Below, in pieces: positions 10,775 through 20,528 of a stretch of DNA of 64,000 nt (the stretch's first letter is position 1; each line of letters begins with the position of its first letter). The notes under the pieces were generated by a model. That model was not told the DNA's origin. It ran no database searches and saw only the letters and a list, made by a program, of their open reading frames with translations. Made by a program: the position numbers and the translations under genes. Source of the DNA: Candidatus Velthaea sp. (GTDB lineage Bacteria; Vulcanimicrobiota; Vulcanimicrobiia; Vulcanimicrobiales; Vulcanimicrobiaceae); the NCBI GenBank assembly GCA_965214935.1, contig CBDCCS010000018.1:352001-416000 (forward strand), written 5' to 3'.

Positions 10775-11398
10775 TTAGCGCAGGTTGCCGGCGAGGTAGA
10801 GATCCATGATCTTTTCGTCGCCCATGGCACCGTAAAACGCGTTGGCCGCAGGATTCGTGTAATCGCCGAGCATCGCCGTAATCATCGGCGTTACCGTCAT
10901 CATTGTAACGCCGGCGTCGTGTAGCCGGTTCTTCGAGACTTCAGCGCCGATCTTCGTGACGGCCGCCGAAACGTCCATGAGGGCGATGACGTTGAAGCCT
11001 TCTTTCGAGGCACTGATAGCGGGCGGCACGAGGCAAACATCGGTCGTCATGCCGCCCATCAAGAGGTTCTTCTTTCCGGTCTTTCGCACGGCGTCGCGAT
11101 AGCTGGGATCATCCCATGCGTTAATGACACCGGTACGCTTCACACGCGCGTCGTATTCGTCCGGCAGCAACTCCTTGAGATCGGGCAACAGCAGCCCTTG
11201 TGCGGCCGTTTCCATGCTGCTCGTGAGCACGATCGGCATCTTCGCTTCTTTAGCAAACTTTGCGATGAAGCGGACCCACTTGATGAGTTGATCCTTTTCG
11301 GTGCCGGCGAGCTCGCCGGCCCACGTGATGGTGCCGACCTGATGATCGACGAGGCAAAGTGCGGTATCTTCAATCTTGAACGCGCTCGGATCGGTCAT
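10775..11398 (-). CDS. Isochorismatase family hydrolase (YcaC-like)
   Basis: LVDHQVG, INAWDD, TDVC motifs; RBS GAGGGAG before ATG at 11398. Confidence 0.88.
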   Translation of the reverse strand: MTDPSAFKIEDTALCLVDHQVGTITWAGELAGTEKDQLIKWVRFIAKFAKEAKMPIVLTSSMETAAQGLLLPDLKELLPDEYDARVKRTGVINAWDDPSYRDAVRKTGKKNLLMGGMTTDVCLVPPAISASKEGFNVIALMDVSAAVTKIGAEVSKNRLHDAGVTMMTVTPMITAMLGDYTNPAANAFYGAMGDEKIMDLYLAGNLR

Positions 11399-11719
11399 GG
11401 TACTCCCTCTTACGTCGCACGGCGAGCCGCCGCGCTGTTGAACATCAGGGAGTATAGGTAGCGCGAGCGCCGGAAACGAGCCCGCTCGCAATCATACGAT
11501 TATCAATGCCACTTTTTGCGGTGCGGCGGTTGAGGACGATCGGTGTTGAGAAACGTGGAAATCTGCTTCGAGCTTCGCTGCTGAGTCGTACGCAGTGCTA
11601 AGCGAATGAAATTAGTGCTTGCGCTACGCGCTAAGCAGCATGTATTGTACGTAAGCGCGCGGACGAATTGCATTCCCCGAATTCGCTTAACTGGCGCGCG
11701 TCAAAAATAGGGGCAACTT

Positions 11720-12208
11720 GTGTTTTCTCGTCGACGGCTTACTCGAGGTTTCTGTGCCGGCGCTTTGCTTGGCGCATCGGTGCTTTTCGCAACGCCGGCT
11801 CTAGCGGACTCGCCGCAGGACGATCGGAGCTTTGCCGGTGCGGTCGATACGATGATTCGCCTATTCACCGAGCCGATGCCGGCAAGTCGGCCCTCGTCAT
11901 ATCGGCCGCCGCATGCAGTCGAACACGTTCGGTCGATCGTACCGGCCCGGCCGGACGGGCCGACGCGGCCGGCTGTGCATGCTCCGCCAATCCTGACACA
12001 TGCGCCGCAGGCGGCGCCGCCGGTCATCCGGCAAGTCGCAGCTTCGGCGCACATCGTTCGCGTTCGGCACTTGCCTGCTGCAGCGCTTGCGAACCCGATC
12101 GCCGTCAGTCCCGCAAGCGCGCAGCCGGCGCCGCTTATTGCGCCGTTGCGCGCGGTCTCCGCATGTCACGCCGCCGTCATGCACTGCCTCAATATCGACG
12201 TGCGCTAG
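11720..12208 (+). CDS. Exported Pro/Ala-rich hypothetical protein, first gene of the export cluster
   Basis: SRRRL plus hydrophobic stretch plus ALA (Tat/Sec-like signal); stop lies 2 nt before the fliJ-like start. Confidence 0.5.
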   Translation: MFSRRRLTRGFCAGALLGASVLFATPALADSPQDDRSFAGAVDTMIRLFTEPMPASRPSSYRPPHAVEHVRSIVPARPDGPTRPAVHAPPILTHAPQAAPPVIRQVAASAHIVRVRHLPAAALANPIAVSPASAQPAPLIAPLRAVSACHAAVMHCLNIDVR

Positions 12209-12210
12209 GG

Positions 12211-12651
12211 GTGAGGCCGTTCCGCTACCGGTTGCAGGTCGCGCTCGATCGCGCCGTCGACCGGGAGCGTGACGCCGCTTCGGCGCTTGCACGCGCGACT
12301 GCCGCCGTCGATTCCGCGCAGGCCGCGCTTGACGAACTCGATGCGCAGGCGGCCACTCTGCGCGCACAAATACTCACGCCTGACGCGCGCGCCGCTCGGT
12401 CTTTGCGCGAGATCGACATCAGCCTCAACGATGTTGCGACGCTACGTGTCCGGCGAGCGGAGCGCGTTGCCGAAGCGCGTTCGGCGCAAGCGCGAGCGCG
12501 GGCGGACTTGGCCGATCGCGCGCAGCAGCGGTCGGCGCTCGAGCACCATCGCGACCGTTGTCGCGTCGAGTACGATGCGCTTGTTGAAGCACGCGAGAAC
12601 GCCGAATTGGACGAAGCCAATATCTTTGCGCGTCACCGCAAAGGCAGCTGA
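12211..12651 (+). CDS. fliJ: FliJ-like export chaperone/ATPase stalk
   Basis: N-terminal FRYRLQVAL, coiled coil, C-terminal ENAELDE. Confidence 0.7.
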   Translation: MRPFRYRLQVALDRAVDRERDAASALARATAAVDSAQAALDELDAQAATLRAQILTPDARAARSLREIDISLNDVATLRVRRAERVAEARSAQARARADLADRAQQRSALEHHRDRCRVEYDALVEARENAELDEANIFARHRKGS

Positions 12652-12712
12652 ACAAACACTCCGGCCATAATTCGCGCATTACGCTTGCACAATCGCCCGC
12701 TATCGTTGCCGC

Positions 12713-12919
12713 ATGGATCCAATTGCAAGCGACCTCGAGCGTGCGGCACGATTCGCGCGCGATCGTGCAACCGCCGACGCTGCTGCGACGGCGCGCAAAA
12801 CCGAAGGTAACGGCCTCGACGTCGCGATGGCGCAAACCGCCGAGCACGCACTCTTCAGCGAGGCGATCCTCAGCGCCGCGAAAGCCCGCTTTGCCGAACT
12901 TAAGACGGTCACGCGATGA
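12713..12919 (+). CDS. flgB: Truncated FlgB-like proximal rod protein (68 aa)
   Basis: EGNGLDVAMAQ...F.ELKTV resembles the FlgB C-terminus; lies immediately before flgC. Confidence 0.6.
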   Translation: MDPIASDLERAARFARDRATADAAATARKTEGNGLDVAMAQTAEHALFSEAILSAAKARFAELKTVTR

Positions 12920-13371
12920 GCGATTTCGGCATCATGCAGTATGCGGCGAGCGGGATGGACGCCCAGCACTCGGCGCTCGATGTGCTTGCGCGGAATGTTG
13001 CCGTCACGCAAACTGCCGACCGCACCCACCCGGTTCATCCGCTCGTGCCGCAATTTGCCGTACTGGGTGCCGACGATGCCGATGACGACGGCGTCAGCTT
13101 CAGCCGCCTTGTCGGCGGACTTACCAGCGCGCCGGTCGATCGCGATAGCATACCCGACGAATCGATCGATGCGGACGATAAGGAGCCGCTTGCGGGTCAA
13201 GTCGCTTACACCGGCGCGGCGCCGTCGCCGCGTGCCGTGACCGGCGTCGACGCGGTTAGCGAAATGGTCTCAGTGCTCGGTGCGCAGCGTTCGTTCGAGG
13301 CCGATGCCAGCGTCTTCGATGCCGGCAAACAGCTGATCCAGCACACGCTCGAAGTGGAGAACGCAGCATGA
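12916..13371 (+). CDS. flgC: FlgC-like basal-body rod protein
   Basis: ASGMDAQ...LARNVA; VDAVSEMV...AQRSFEAD. Confidence 0.85.
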   Translation: MSDFGIMQYAASGMDAQHSALDVLARNVAVTQTADRTHPVHPLVPQFAVLGADDADDDGVSFSRLVGGLTSAPVDRDSIPDESIDADDKEPLAGQVAYTGAAPSPRAVTGVDAVSEMVSVLGAQRSFEADASVFDAGKQLIQHTLEVENAA

Positions 13372-13670
13372 ACGTTGCGGGTATTGCGCCGGACCTGAGC
13401 ACCGGACTTCCGGCGCTGGCGCCGATCCCGCCGGTCGCTGCGCCGGCCGCCGACGTCGAACTTTTCAGCGGATTGACGGCGGCGTTTTCGGCTGCCGGAA
13501 CGTCGCTGCAACGCGCGCAAAGCGCCGAGACCGCGTTCACGTCGGGCAGCGGCGGATTGCAAGAAATGGTGTTCGAACGCGCGCGCGCCGACGCGATTCT
13601 CAACGTCGCCAGCGCAACGGCGACCAAAGCGACGCAGTCGCTCAACACTATCCTCAACATGCAAGTGTAG
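13368..13670 (+). CDS. fliE: FliE hook-basal body protein
   Basis: C-terminal ILNMQV; flgC-fliE-fliF order. Confidence 0.85.
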   Translation: MNVAGIAPDLSTGLPALAPIPPVAAPAADVELFSGLTAAFSAAGTSLQRAQSAETAFTSGSGGLQEMVFERARADAILNVASATATKATQSLNTILNMQV

Positions 13671-13677
13671 GCGGTCA

Positions 13678-15168
13678 TTGCAGCAGCTCGTCGCCCAAAG
13701 TAATGCGTTCGTCAGCGGCTTATCGTCGAAGGCGCGGATTGCTATCGTCGCCGGAATCATCGTTCTCGCCGCCGCCGCCGGCACGCTTGCGTTTTTTTTG
13801 CATGACACCGGCACGGCGCTCTTCGCGCGTCCGCTCGATGCCGCGCAGCAAACCGAAGTGCAAGAGCGGCTGACCGGCTGGGACGTTCCGTACCGGCTCA
13901 GCGCCGATAACGTTATCGTCGATCCGGCGCACAAACGCGACGTGTTGCTGCGCCTGGCGATGCTGGGCGTTCCGCATCAGCATGTCACCACGTCGTCGGA
14001 TGTGTTGAAATCGGTCAGCGCTCTGACGCCGCAGACGGTCCTCGACGAGCAAGTTCGGCAAGGCCTCGAAGGCGACTTAGCCGAGGGATTGCGCGGCATC
14101 ACCGGTGTCTCGGATGCGCGCGTTCTGATCGCGCCGGCAACGCGCGGCTTCTTCGTCGACGAGCCGTCCCACGAGGCGTCGGCGAGCGTGCGCGTGTCGC
14201 TCGACGCCGGTACCGTGCTCGGGCCGCAGGCCGTCGCCGGTATTCGCAGTTACGTTGCGAATGCCGTCGCGGGTTTAGCCGCCGACCACGTTGCGATCGT
14301 CGATCAAAACGGCGTGTCGCTCAACGTGAAGCCGAGCGGTGGTGACGGTTCGGAAGATACGGCGCTCGAATCGACGCTGCAAGGCGCGCTGGACCGCACG
14401 GTCGGCGCCGGCCGGACAATCGTTCTTGCTCGGCTCGAAACGGACCCGACGTCGAGCAGCGTGCATGAAATCAAACGCTCGCCGGTGCTCGGTGCGGCGC
14501 TCGCTACCGATTCGGTGCACGAGCGTTATCACGGCAAAGACAAGCAGTACGACAAGCTACACCAGACCACCGACCGCGGCAGCGATACCGTGGAGCGCAA
14601 CACGCGCTTTGAAGCCGGCCGCACCGATCGCCGTTCGGTCGCCGTCTTTGTCGATGACAAGATTGCGTCGGCGGTACCGCAGATTCAGAATGTCGTCGGT
14701 GCGGCGGCTGGGTTAGTCGCTGCACGCGGCGACACACTCGTCGTGCAGCCGATGGCGTTCAATGCAGTGCCGTCGCTGCCGGTGCAAGTTGCGCGCCGAT
14801 CTTTTGAAACCGCGTCGCTGGCGTCGTCGCTGCCGATCGTTTTGCTGGCGCTCGCGGTACTCGGCGCCGGAACGTTCTTATTTCGCTCCGTCGCGCCGGC
14901 ACTTCGCGCGCAGACCGAAACCGCGGCGTTCGTTGAAAAGCAAATCGCCGTCGCGTCGTATTCCGACGAACCGCAGCGCGTGCATGCCGCGATCGCCGGT
15001 GAACCCGTGCACGCTGCCGCCGCAATTTTAGCGGCGTTGCCTGCGCCTACGACGGCTGCGGTGCTCGAGATGTACGAAGCCGGCGAACGGCGCGAAATCG
15101 TTCGCCGCTTGACACACCCGCTGGCGCCCGTCGTGCGCGACGTCAGCGCGCGAGTCAGCGGTGTCTGA
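13678..15168 (+). CDS. fliF: FliF/YscJ MS-ring protein with FliG-middle-domain-like C-terminal tail
   Basis: N-terminal TM, LEGDLA...I.GV..ARV, ASASV, VAIVDQNG, second TM; tail EPVHAAAAILAAL...AAVL....RREIVRRL. Confidence 0.85.
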   Translation: MQQLVAQSNAFVSGLSSKARIAIVAGIIVLAAAAGTLAFFLHDTGTALFARPLDAAQQTEVQERLTGWDVPYRLSADNVIVDPAHKRDVLLRLAMLGVPHQHVTTSSDVLKSVSALTPQTVLDEQVRQGLEGDLAEGLRGITGVSDARVLIAPATRGFFVDEPSHEASASVRVSLDAGTVLGPQAVAGIRSYVANAVAGLAADHVAIVDQNGVSLNVKPSGGDGSEDTALESTLQGALDRTVGAGRTIVLARLETDPTSSSVHEIKRSPVLGAALATDSVHERYHGKDKQYDKLHQTTDRGSDTVERNTRFEAGRTDRRSVAVFVDDKIASAVPQIQNVVGAAAGLVAARGDTLVVQPMAFNAVPSLPVQVARRSFETASLASSLPIVLLALAVLGAGTFLFRSVAPALRAQTETAAFVEKQIAVASYSDEPQRVHAAIAGEPVHAAAAILAALPAPTTAAVLEMYEAGERREIVRRLTHPLAPVVRDVSARVSGV

Positions 15169-15688
15169 CGGGTTCCGGAGCTTTGCATCGATCTTGACTC
15201 AAGCGAGCCGACCGGAGCCCGCTGCGACCGAACGGCCCGAGCCGCCGACACCGCCGCCGATCATGCCGGCCGCCGTCGATGCGCCGCCGGCGCAAAAAGC
15301 GAGCCCGCAAATCATGGCGGTGCTCGCGAATTTTGCGGCGGAAGTCGTGCGGTTGCGTGCACGCGCGGCCGAGTTGCTCGAGACGGAAACCGAATCGTTG
15401 CTGCAGATGATCGCCAGTCGCGTGCTCGTGCGCGAACTCGAACTCGCGCCGGCCGATGTAGAGGCGCTCATCGCAACCGTCGTGACGGAATGGAACGGTT
15501 CGCGGCCGTTGCGCTTTCGCGTAGCCGAAAGCGATCTTGACGATTTGCGCCCGTTGGGCGAAACGCTCGTTCCGGATCCGTCGCTCCAACCTGGTGACTT
15601 GCAGGTCGAAATCGCCGACGGCGTGATCGACTTGCGGCTCGGCACGCGACTTGCCGCGGTGCTCGAAACACACCGGATCGCGATTTAG
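15161..15688 (+). CDS. fliH: FliH/SctL-like ATPase regulator
   Basis: C-terminal DPSLQPGDLQVE...G.ID.RL; lies before fliI. Confidence 0.75.
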   Translation: MSDGFRSFASILTQASRPEPAATERPEPPTPPPIMPAAVDAPPAQKASPQIMAVLANFAAEVVRLRARAAELLETETESLLQMIASRVLVRELELAPADVEALIATVVTEWNGSRPLRFRVAESDLDDLRPLGETLVPDPSLQPGDLQVEIADGVIDLRLGTRLAAVLETHRIAI

Positions 15689-15694
15689 CAGCGC

Positions 15695-16942
15695 ATGCCG
15701 GAAGGGACACGCATCGGGCGCGTGATTTCAGCGGTCAACGACGTGCTCGAGGTGACGCTGCCGCTCGCCCGGGTCGGTCAAGGGGTTCGCATCCGGCCGC
15801 GCGGAGTGCCGAGTATCCCGGCGGTCGTTACGCGCATCGACGAACGGCGCGTGCGGCTTGCCGCCTTCGCCCCGCTCACCGGAATCTCGATCGGCGACAT
15901 CGTTGAAAGCGATACGTCCGCGAACGTGCTCGAACTCGGAACGTCGTTGCTCGGTTGCGCGATCGATGCCGCCGGACACGCGCTCAACGGCATGTCTCCG
16001 CTGCGCGGGCGGCGCACCAGCATCGTTCCGCAGCCGATCGGTGTGGGCGAACGGACGACGGTCAGCGAGCCGTTTTGGACCGGTATTCGCGCGATCGACG
16101 GGCTGCTGACGATCGGTCGCGGCGCGCGCATCGGCATTTTCGGTGCACCGGGTGCGGGCAAGTCGACGCTCATGGAAATGCTTATGCGCGGCGCGCGCGC
16201 CGATGCCGTCGTCGTCGGGTTGATCGGCGAACGCGGGCGCGAAGCGGCCCACTGGATGCAGAGCATCACGCGGCATACGACCCTCGTCGTCGTGCCCAGC
16301 GATCGGTCGGCGGCCGAACGCGTGCGCGGCGCTCATGTCGCTCTTGCGCAGGCGTCGGAGTTACGCCGGCGCGGTCTCAACGTGCTCGTCATTCTCGATA
16401 GTTTGGCCCGCTTTTGCACCGCCGCGCGCGAACTCGCGCTGGCCAACGGTGAAGCGGTCGGCCGGGGCGGTTATCCGCCCAGCGTCTTCAACGACATGGC
16501 GCGTTTACTCGAACGCGGCGGTAATTTCACCACCGGCAGCATCACGCTCGTCGCTACGGTGCTTTCCGACGGCGCCGACGAACGCGAGCCGCTCTCCGAT
16601 GCCGCGCGCGCTGCACTGGACGGACACATCGCGCTGTCGACCGCGCTGGCACGAGCCGGCATCTATCCGGCCATCGACGTGTTGGCCAGCACGAGCCGGA
16701 CGATGAACGATGTCGTCAGCCGCGACCAGCGCCGCGCCGCCGAGCGATTCCGCCGGCGGTTATCGCTGCTCGCGCAAACGAAAGACGCGCGCGATCTCGG
16801 CCTCGCTGCAATGACGTCCGAACTTATGACGGCGATTGCTGCATCCGACGCGACCGATGCATTTTTACGCCAAACCGAAGCTGCTGCGCCACCGCAGGAG
16901 ACGCTCGATGCGCTCTTCGCGGTGGCGGGAGAACGCACGTGA
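15695..16942 (+). CDS. fliI: FliI/SctN type III export ATPase
   Basis: TGIRAID, Walker A GAPGAGKS, IGERGRE, DSLARF, GYPPS, LDGHI, YPAIDVLAS. Confidence 0.95.
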   Translation: MPEGTRIGRVISAVNDVLEVTLPLARVGQGVRIRPRGVPSIPAVVTRIDERRVRLAAFAPLTGISIGDIVESDTSANVLELGTSLLGCAIDAAGHALNGMSPLRGRRTSIVPQPIGVGERTTVSEPFWTGIRAIDGLLTIGRGARIGIFGAPGAGKSTLMEMLMRGARADAVVVGLIGERGREAAHWMQSITRHTTLVVVPSDRSAAERVRGAHVALAQASELRRRGLNVLVILDSLARFCTAARELALANGEAVGRGGYPPSVFNDMARLLERGGNFTTGSITLVATVLSDGADEREPLSDAARAALDGHIALSTALARAGIYPAIDVLASTSRTMNDVVSRDQRRAAERFRRRLSLLAQTKDARDLGLAAMTSELMTAIAASDATDAFLRQTEAAAPPQETLDALFAVAGERT

Positions 16943-17469
16943 ACTTCGTTGCCGGACTATCCGCCGTTGAACGGCGCATCGATCAGCTCGATGGGACGCC
17001 GCGCGCCGACGCCGATGTATTCGGACGGCTCGTGCGTACGCCGCTACCGTCGCCGATCGCGCCGGCGAGTGCACCGGCGTTGTTGCCGGCCGAACTCGAT
17101 CCGCTTATCGCGACGAACGCCGCCAAGTACGGCGTCGATCCGGCGCTCGTCCGTGCGGTCATCGCGCGCGAATCGGGCGGTAATCCGAACGCAACGTCCG
17201 TGACGGGTGCAGCCGGACTCATGCAACTCATGCCGGCAACCGCGGAGTCGCTGGGCGTCGGCGATCCGTACGATAGCGCGCAAAACATTGCGGGCGGAAC
17301 GCGCTATCTGCGCTCGCTGCTCGATCGCTTCGGCGGCGATTTACCGCGTACGGTTGCTGCGTACAATGCAGGTCCGGGAGCCGTCGAACGCTACGACGGT
17401 ATTCCGCCGTTTGCCGAAACACAACGTTACGTTGCCGACGTGCTCGGCTCGTATGCGCGTTCTCGCTAA
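16939..17469 (+). CDS. Lytic transglycosylase (SLT)
   Basis: ES, GLMQLMP, AAYNAG, PPFAETQ.YV. Confidence 0.92.
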   Translation: MNFVAGLSAVERRIDQLDGTPRADADVFGRLVRTPLPSPIAPASAPALLPAELDPLIATNAAKYGVDPALVRAVIARESGGNPNATSVTGAAGLMQLMPATAESLGVGDPYDSAQNIAGGTRYLRSLLDRFGGDLPRTVAAYNAGPGAVERYDGIPPFAETQRYVADVLGSYARSR

Positions 17470-17530
17470 CACGATCTTCACACAATCCGCGCATCCTCGT
17501 TACAACATTCATCCGTATACTGCGCGTTAG

Positions 17531-18076
17531 ATGAAGGTTGATTCCGACGCCGTACGGCCCTTCGAGTACGCCGATCCGCGGTCGCTCTCACGCGCCTGGT
17601 TCGATGCTTTACACGCACGGCGGCCGCAGCCGCGCGCAACGCAAATAGTCGCGTCTGCGCCTCATGCGCTCGCGTCCGACGCGCAGGCGCGCCGTGCGCA
17701 CGTGCAAACGGCGAGCGCCGGCGTATCGAGTAGCATCATGTCGGGCAGAGCGGTGATCGCTACCAAGAATCCGGCCTGCGCTGCAAGCGCCGGCGAACTC
17801 AATCCATTACGAACGCCCGTGCGGCGAACACAAGCGCTCGAGGTGCAAGCCGAACCGGAGACCGGCGAGCTGAACCCGCGACTCGATGTTGCATGCAGCA
17901 CGACCGACGGCGCCTTATTACGCTTGTTGCTCGAGCATGACGCCGGCCGAATCAGTGTCGTCGCGGTGTGCGAAGAGCGAGTCGCTACGCGCATGACCGA
18001 TGTGCTCGAACGGGCACGTATCGCACTTGCGGCGCGCGGCGTCGCCATCACCACTCGTCTCATCACTCCGAGGTAG
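17531..18076 (+). CDS. Short FliK/SctP-like length-control/specificity-switch protein
   Basis: Disordered N-terminus; C-terminal LRLLL..DAGRISV.......L..ALAARGV resembles the FliK C domain; cluster position. Confidence 0.5.
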   Translation: MKVDSDAVRPFEYADPRSLSRAWFDALHARRPQPRATQIVASAPHALASDAQARRAHVQTASAGVSSSIMSGRAVIATKNPACAASAGELNPLRTPVRRTQALEVQAEPETGELNPRLDVACSTTDGALLRLLLEHDAGRISVVAVCEERVATRMTDVLERARIALAARGVAITTRLITPR

Positions 18077-18080
18077 TAGC

Positions 18081-18803
18081 ATGATCGATGGAGCGAGCGC
18101 TCAGGCACTCGACGATATTGCCGCGCGCGTCAAGGATCTCTCGAATCAGTTTCGGCCGGGTTACGTGCCGGTGCTCGACGACGACCGGATGGATGGCGGC
18201 GTACATGCAATCAAGTCGCTCGATGCACTGCACGCCGTCGCGCCGGAAAGCACGTACTTTGCGGCCAGCGATGCGCAGGGGCGTCGCTTCTATTCGCGTG
18301 ACGGTGCGTTTCAACTCGTCGGCGGAGCGCTGCAAACGCGTGAAGGCGCCGCGGTTCTCGGTTATGGCCCCGGCGCGACGACGTTACAGCCGCTGCGCAG
18401 CGATCGGGTCGACGGGACACTCGGGCGCATTGCCGATGCGAAAATCGAAGCGGACGGCACCGTTGCGTACATGCGCAAAGCCGTCGATCCGCAAACCGGC
18501 AAGCCGAAAACCGAACGCGTCGTCATCGGCCGGATCGCGCTCGCCCAATTTCCGAGCGGCGTGCATGTCGACGCTGCCGACGGCGTGCACGTAACGGCAC
18601 CTGCCGGCACCGAACCGCGCATCGCCGCCGCGGGCAGCGGCGGTTTCGGTTCGCTCATTCCGCAAAGCGACGATCGCGGCGGCATCGACATGAAGCGCGG
18701 CTTGACGCATCTGCGCGATGCCTATGTTGCCTTCAGCGCGCTGCAATCCGCGCACAATGCCAAAGGCAAGACCGACAAGGTCGTCATGGACATGGTCAAA
18801 TGA
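18081..18803 (+). CDS. Small FlgE/F/G-family hook/rod-like protein
   Basis: FYSRDGAF, IEADGTV, IGRIALAQF; terminal axial helices are degenerate. Confidence 0.7.
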   Translation: MIDGASAQALDDIAARVKDLSNQFRPGYVPVLDDDRMDGGVHAIKSLDALHAVAPESTYFAASDAQGRRFYSRDGAFQLVGGALQTREGAAVLGYGPGATTLQPLRSDRVDGTLGRIADAKIEADGTVAYMRKAVDPQTGKPKTERVVIGRIALAQFPSGVHVDAADGVHVTAPAGTEPRIAAAGSGGFGSLIPQSDDRGGIDMKRGLTHLRDAYVAFSALQSAHNAKGKTDKVVMDMVK

Positions 18804-19582
18804 TTGCAAACCTGCGCTTCGATCGCGCCGGAACGCCGCGTTTCGAGCCGGCGACGAACGTGCGTCTAGCAACGGTATGCAACGTTGCGAACACGGTGAC
18901 CGAGCACTTAGCGCGATTGCTCGACTGTCCGGTTTCGATCGATCTCTTCGAGCCGGTCGTCGTGCCGCTGGGGGCGCAACCGGCGCTGTTTGCCAATGCG
19001 ACGCTGTTTCTAGCACGTGCACGACGCAGCGATTTGCTGATGGTCATTCGCGACCGCGACGCACGGCGGCTGGTGGCATGTGCGTTCGGATTGGAGACCG
19101 ATGCGCTTTCCGGCCGCGATCTATCGGCGATCGAGGAGCGCGTGCTCGCGAAGATTGCGAGCGAAGTATCGCACCTCTGCGCTGCCTTGACCGGCGAAAT
19201 TCGCACGGTGGAACGCGCGCACGGTGCCGTCGACGCGTACGATTGTGCGACGTACTTCGAGTTACGCCTCGCACCGCCGGTCGACGTGGTGATCGGTCTG
19301 GGCCTCGCCAAAGATCCGGTCGCTGCGTCCGACGTACGGATCGGGCCATCGGCTCTGGAGCCGGTCGGCATTCAATTGCGCGCCCAACTCGGGCGTACGC
19401 GAGTCGCGGCACGAACGGTTATGGCGTTACGGGTCGGAACCGTCGTGACGTTCGATGCGGCGCTCGACGAGCCGGCTGCGCTCTTAGCCGGCAACACCGT
19501 CGTTGCACAGGGCGAATGCGGCGTGCGCAACGGTAAGATTGCGTTTCACATTTCATCGGGTGTCAAAGGAACTTCTGCATGA
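18800..19582 (+). CDS. fliM: FliM-like C-ring protein (C-terminal SpoA domain)
   Basis: LSAIEERVL; C-terminal LRVGTVV...GECGVRNGKIAF. Confidence 0.65.
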   Translation: MIANLRFDRAGTPRFEPATNVRLATVCNVANTVTEHLARLLDCPVSIDLFEPVVVPLGAQPALFANATLFLARARRSDLLMVIRDRDARRLVACAFGLETDALSGRDLSAIEERVLAKIASEVSHLCAALTGEIRTVERAHGAVDAYDCATYFELRLAPPVDVVIGLGLAKDPVAASDVRIGPSALEPVGIQLRAQLGRTRVAARTVMALRVGTVVTFDAALDEPAALLAGNTVVAQGECGVRNGKIAFHISSGVKGTSA

Positions 19583-19833
19583 TCGCGCCCGCCACCGGCA
19601 CCTTGGATCTCATTTTAGATGTCGCGTTGGATGTAACCGCGGACATCGGCGGAGCGTCGTTGACAATCGCTCAAGTATTGGCACTGGGTCCTGGTGCGTT
19701 CGTTGAATTCACGCATCCGATCGATGCGCCGATCGATCTCAAAGTCAATGGCCGCGTCGTTGCACGCGGCGAGATCATCGCCGTCGACGGCCGGTTCGGC
19801 TTACGTCTGACCGAATTAGTAACGCCGTCGTGA
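19579..19833 (+). CDS. fliN: FliN C-ring protein
   Basis: ILDVALDVTADIG...VNGRVVARGEII.VDGRFGLRL. Confidence 0.9.
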   Translation: MIAPATGTLDLILDVALDVTADIGGASLTIAQVLALGPGAFVEFTHPIDAPIDLKVNGRVVARGEIIAVDGRFGLRLTELVTPS

Positions 19834-20474
19834 CGGTTGCCGCGAGCGGCAATCCGACGCTGCCGCTCGATATTCTCAGCGGCCTGACGCTTGTCGCGAT
19901 CCTGCCGTTTCTGCTCGTCATGACGACATCATTCGTTCGCATCGTCGTCGTACTGTCGCTCGTGCGCTCGGCGATTGGAACGCAAGCACTGCCGCCCAAT
20001 ACCGTAATTACCGGACTTGCTTTGGTGCTGACACTTGTCGTCATGTCGCCGACGCTCGATCGGATCTCGCACGAGGCGCTTGCGCCGTACGAAGCCCATC
20101 AAATCTCGAATACCGAAATGCTGCAACGCGGGATCGTGCCGCTGCGCTCTTTCATGTTGCGTCAGACGGCGCGCCAAGATGCCGATTTTTTCGAGAGAAT
20201 CGCGCACCGTCCGACCGAAGACTTCGATCGTGCACCGCTAACCGTGATCGTTCCGGCGTTCGTCGTCGGCGAATTGCGGCGCGGTTTTTCAATCGGCTTA
20301 TCGATGTATCTGCCGTTCATTGCAATCGATCTCGTCGTGTCGGCTACGCTCATGGGACTCGGCATGTTCATGCTCAGCCCGTCGGTCGTGTCGCTGCCTT
20401 GCAAGTTGTACTTGTTCGTGATGGTTGACGGGTGGAGCGCGATCTGCGGTTCGATCGCGACAAGTTTTCGCTAA
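19830..20474 (+). CDS. fliP: FliP export gate protein
   Basis: TTSFVRIVVVL, PPN, LPFIAIDLVVS..LMGLGMFMLSP...SLP.K, DGW. Confidence 0.95.
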   Translation: MTVAASGNPTLPLDILSGLTLVAILPFLLVMTTSFVRIVVVLSLVRSAIGTQALPPNTVITGLALVLTLVVMSPTLDRISHEALAPYEAHQISNTEMLQRGIVPLRSFMLRQTARQDADFFERIAHRPTEDFDRAPLTVIVPAFVVGELRRGFSIGLSMYLPFIAIDLVVSATLMGLGMFMLSPSVVSLPCKLYLFVMVDGWSAICGSIATSFR

Positions 20475-20528
20475 TTCTGCGCACGCTCGGCGCATGCCGC
20501 GCGCATGTTTGCACAGTAATCTAAACGG

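Noticed and set aside
11595..11640. Repeated GCTAAGC upstream of the export cluster
   Set aside because: Only two short copies; insufficient to call an operator.
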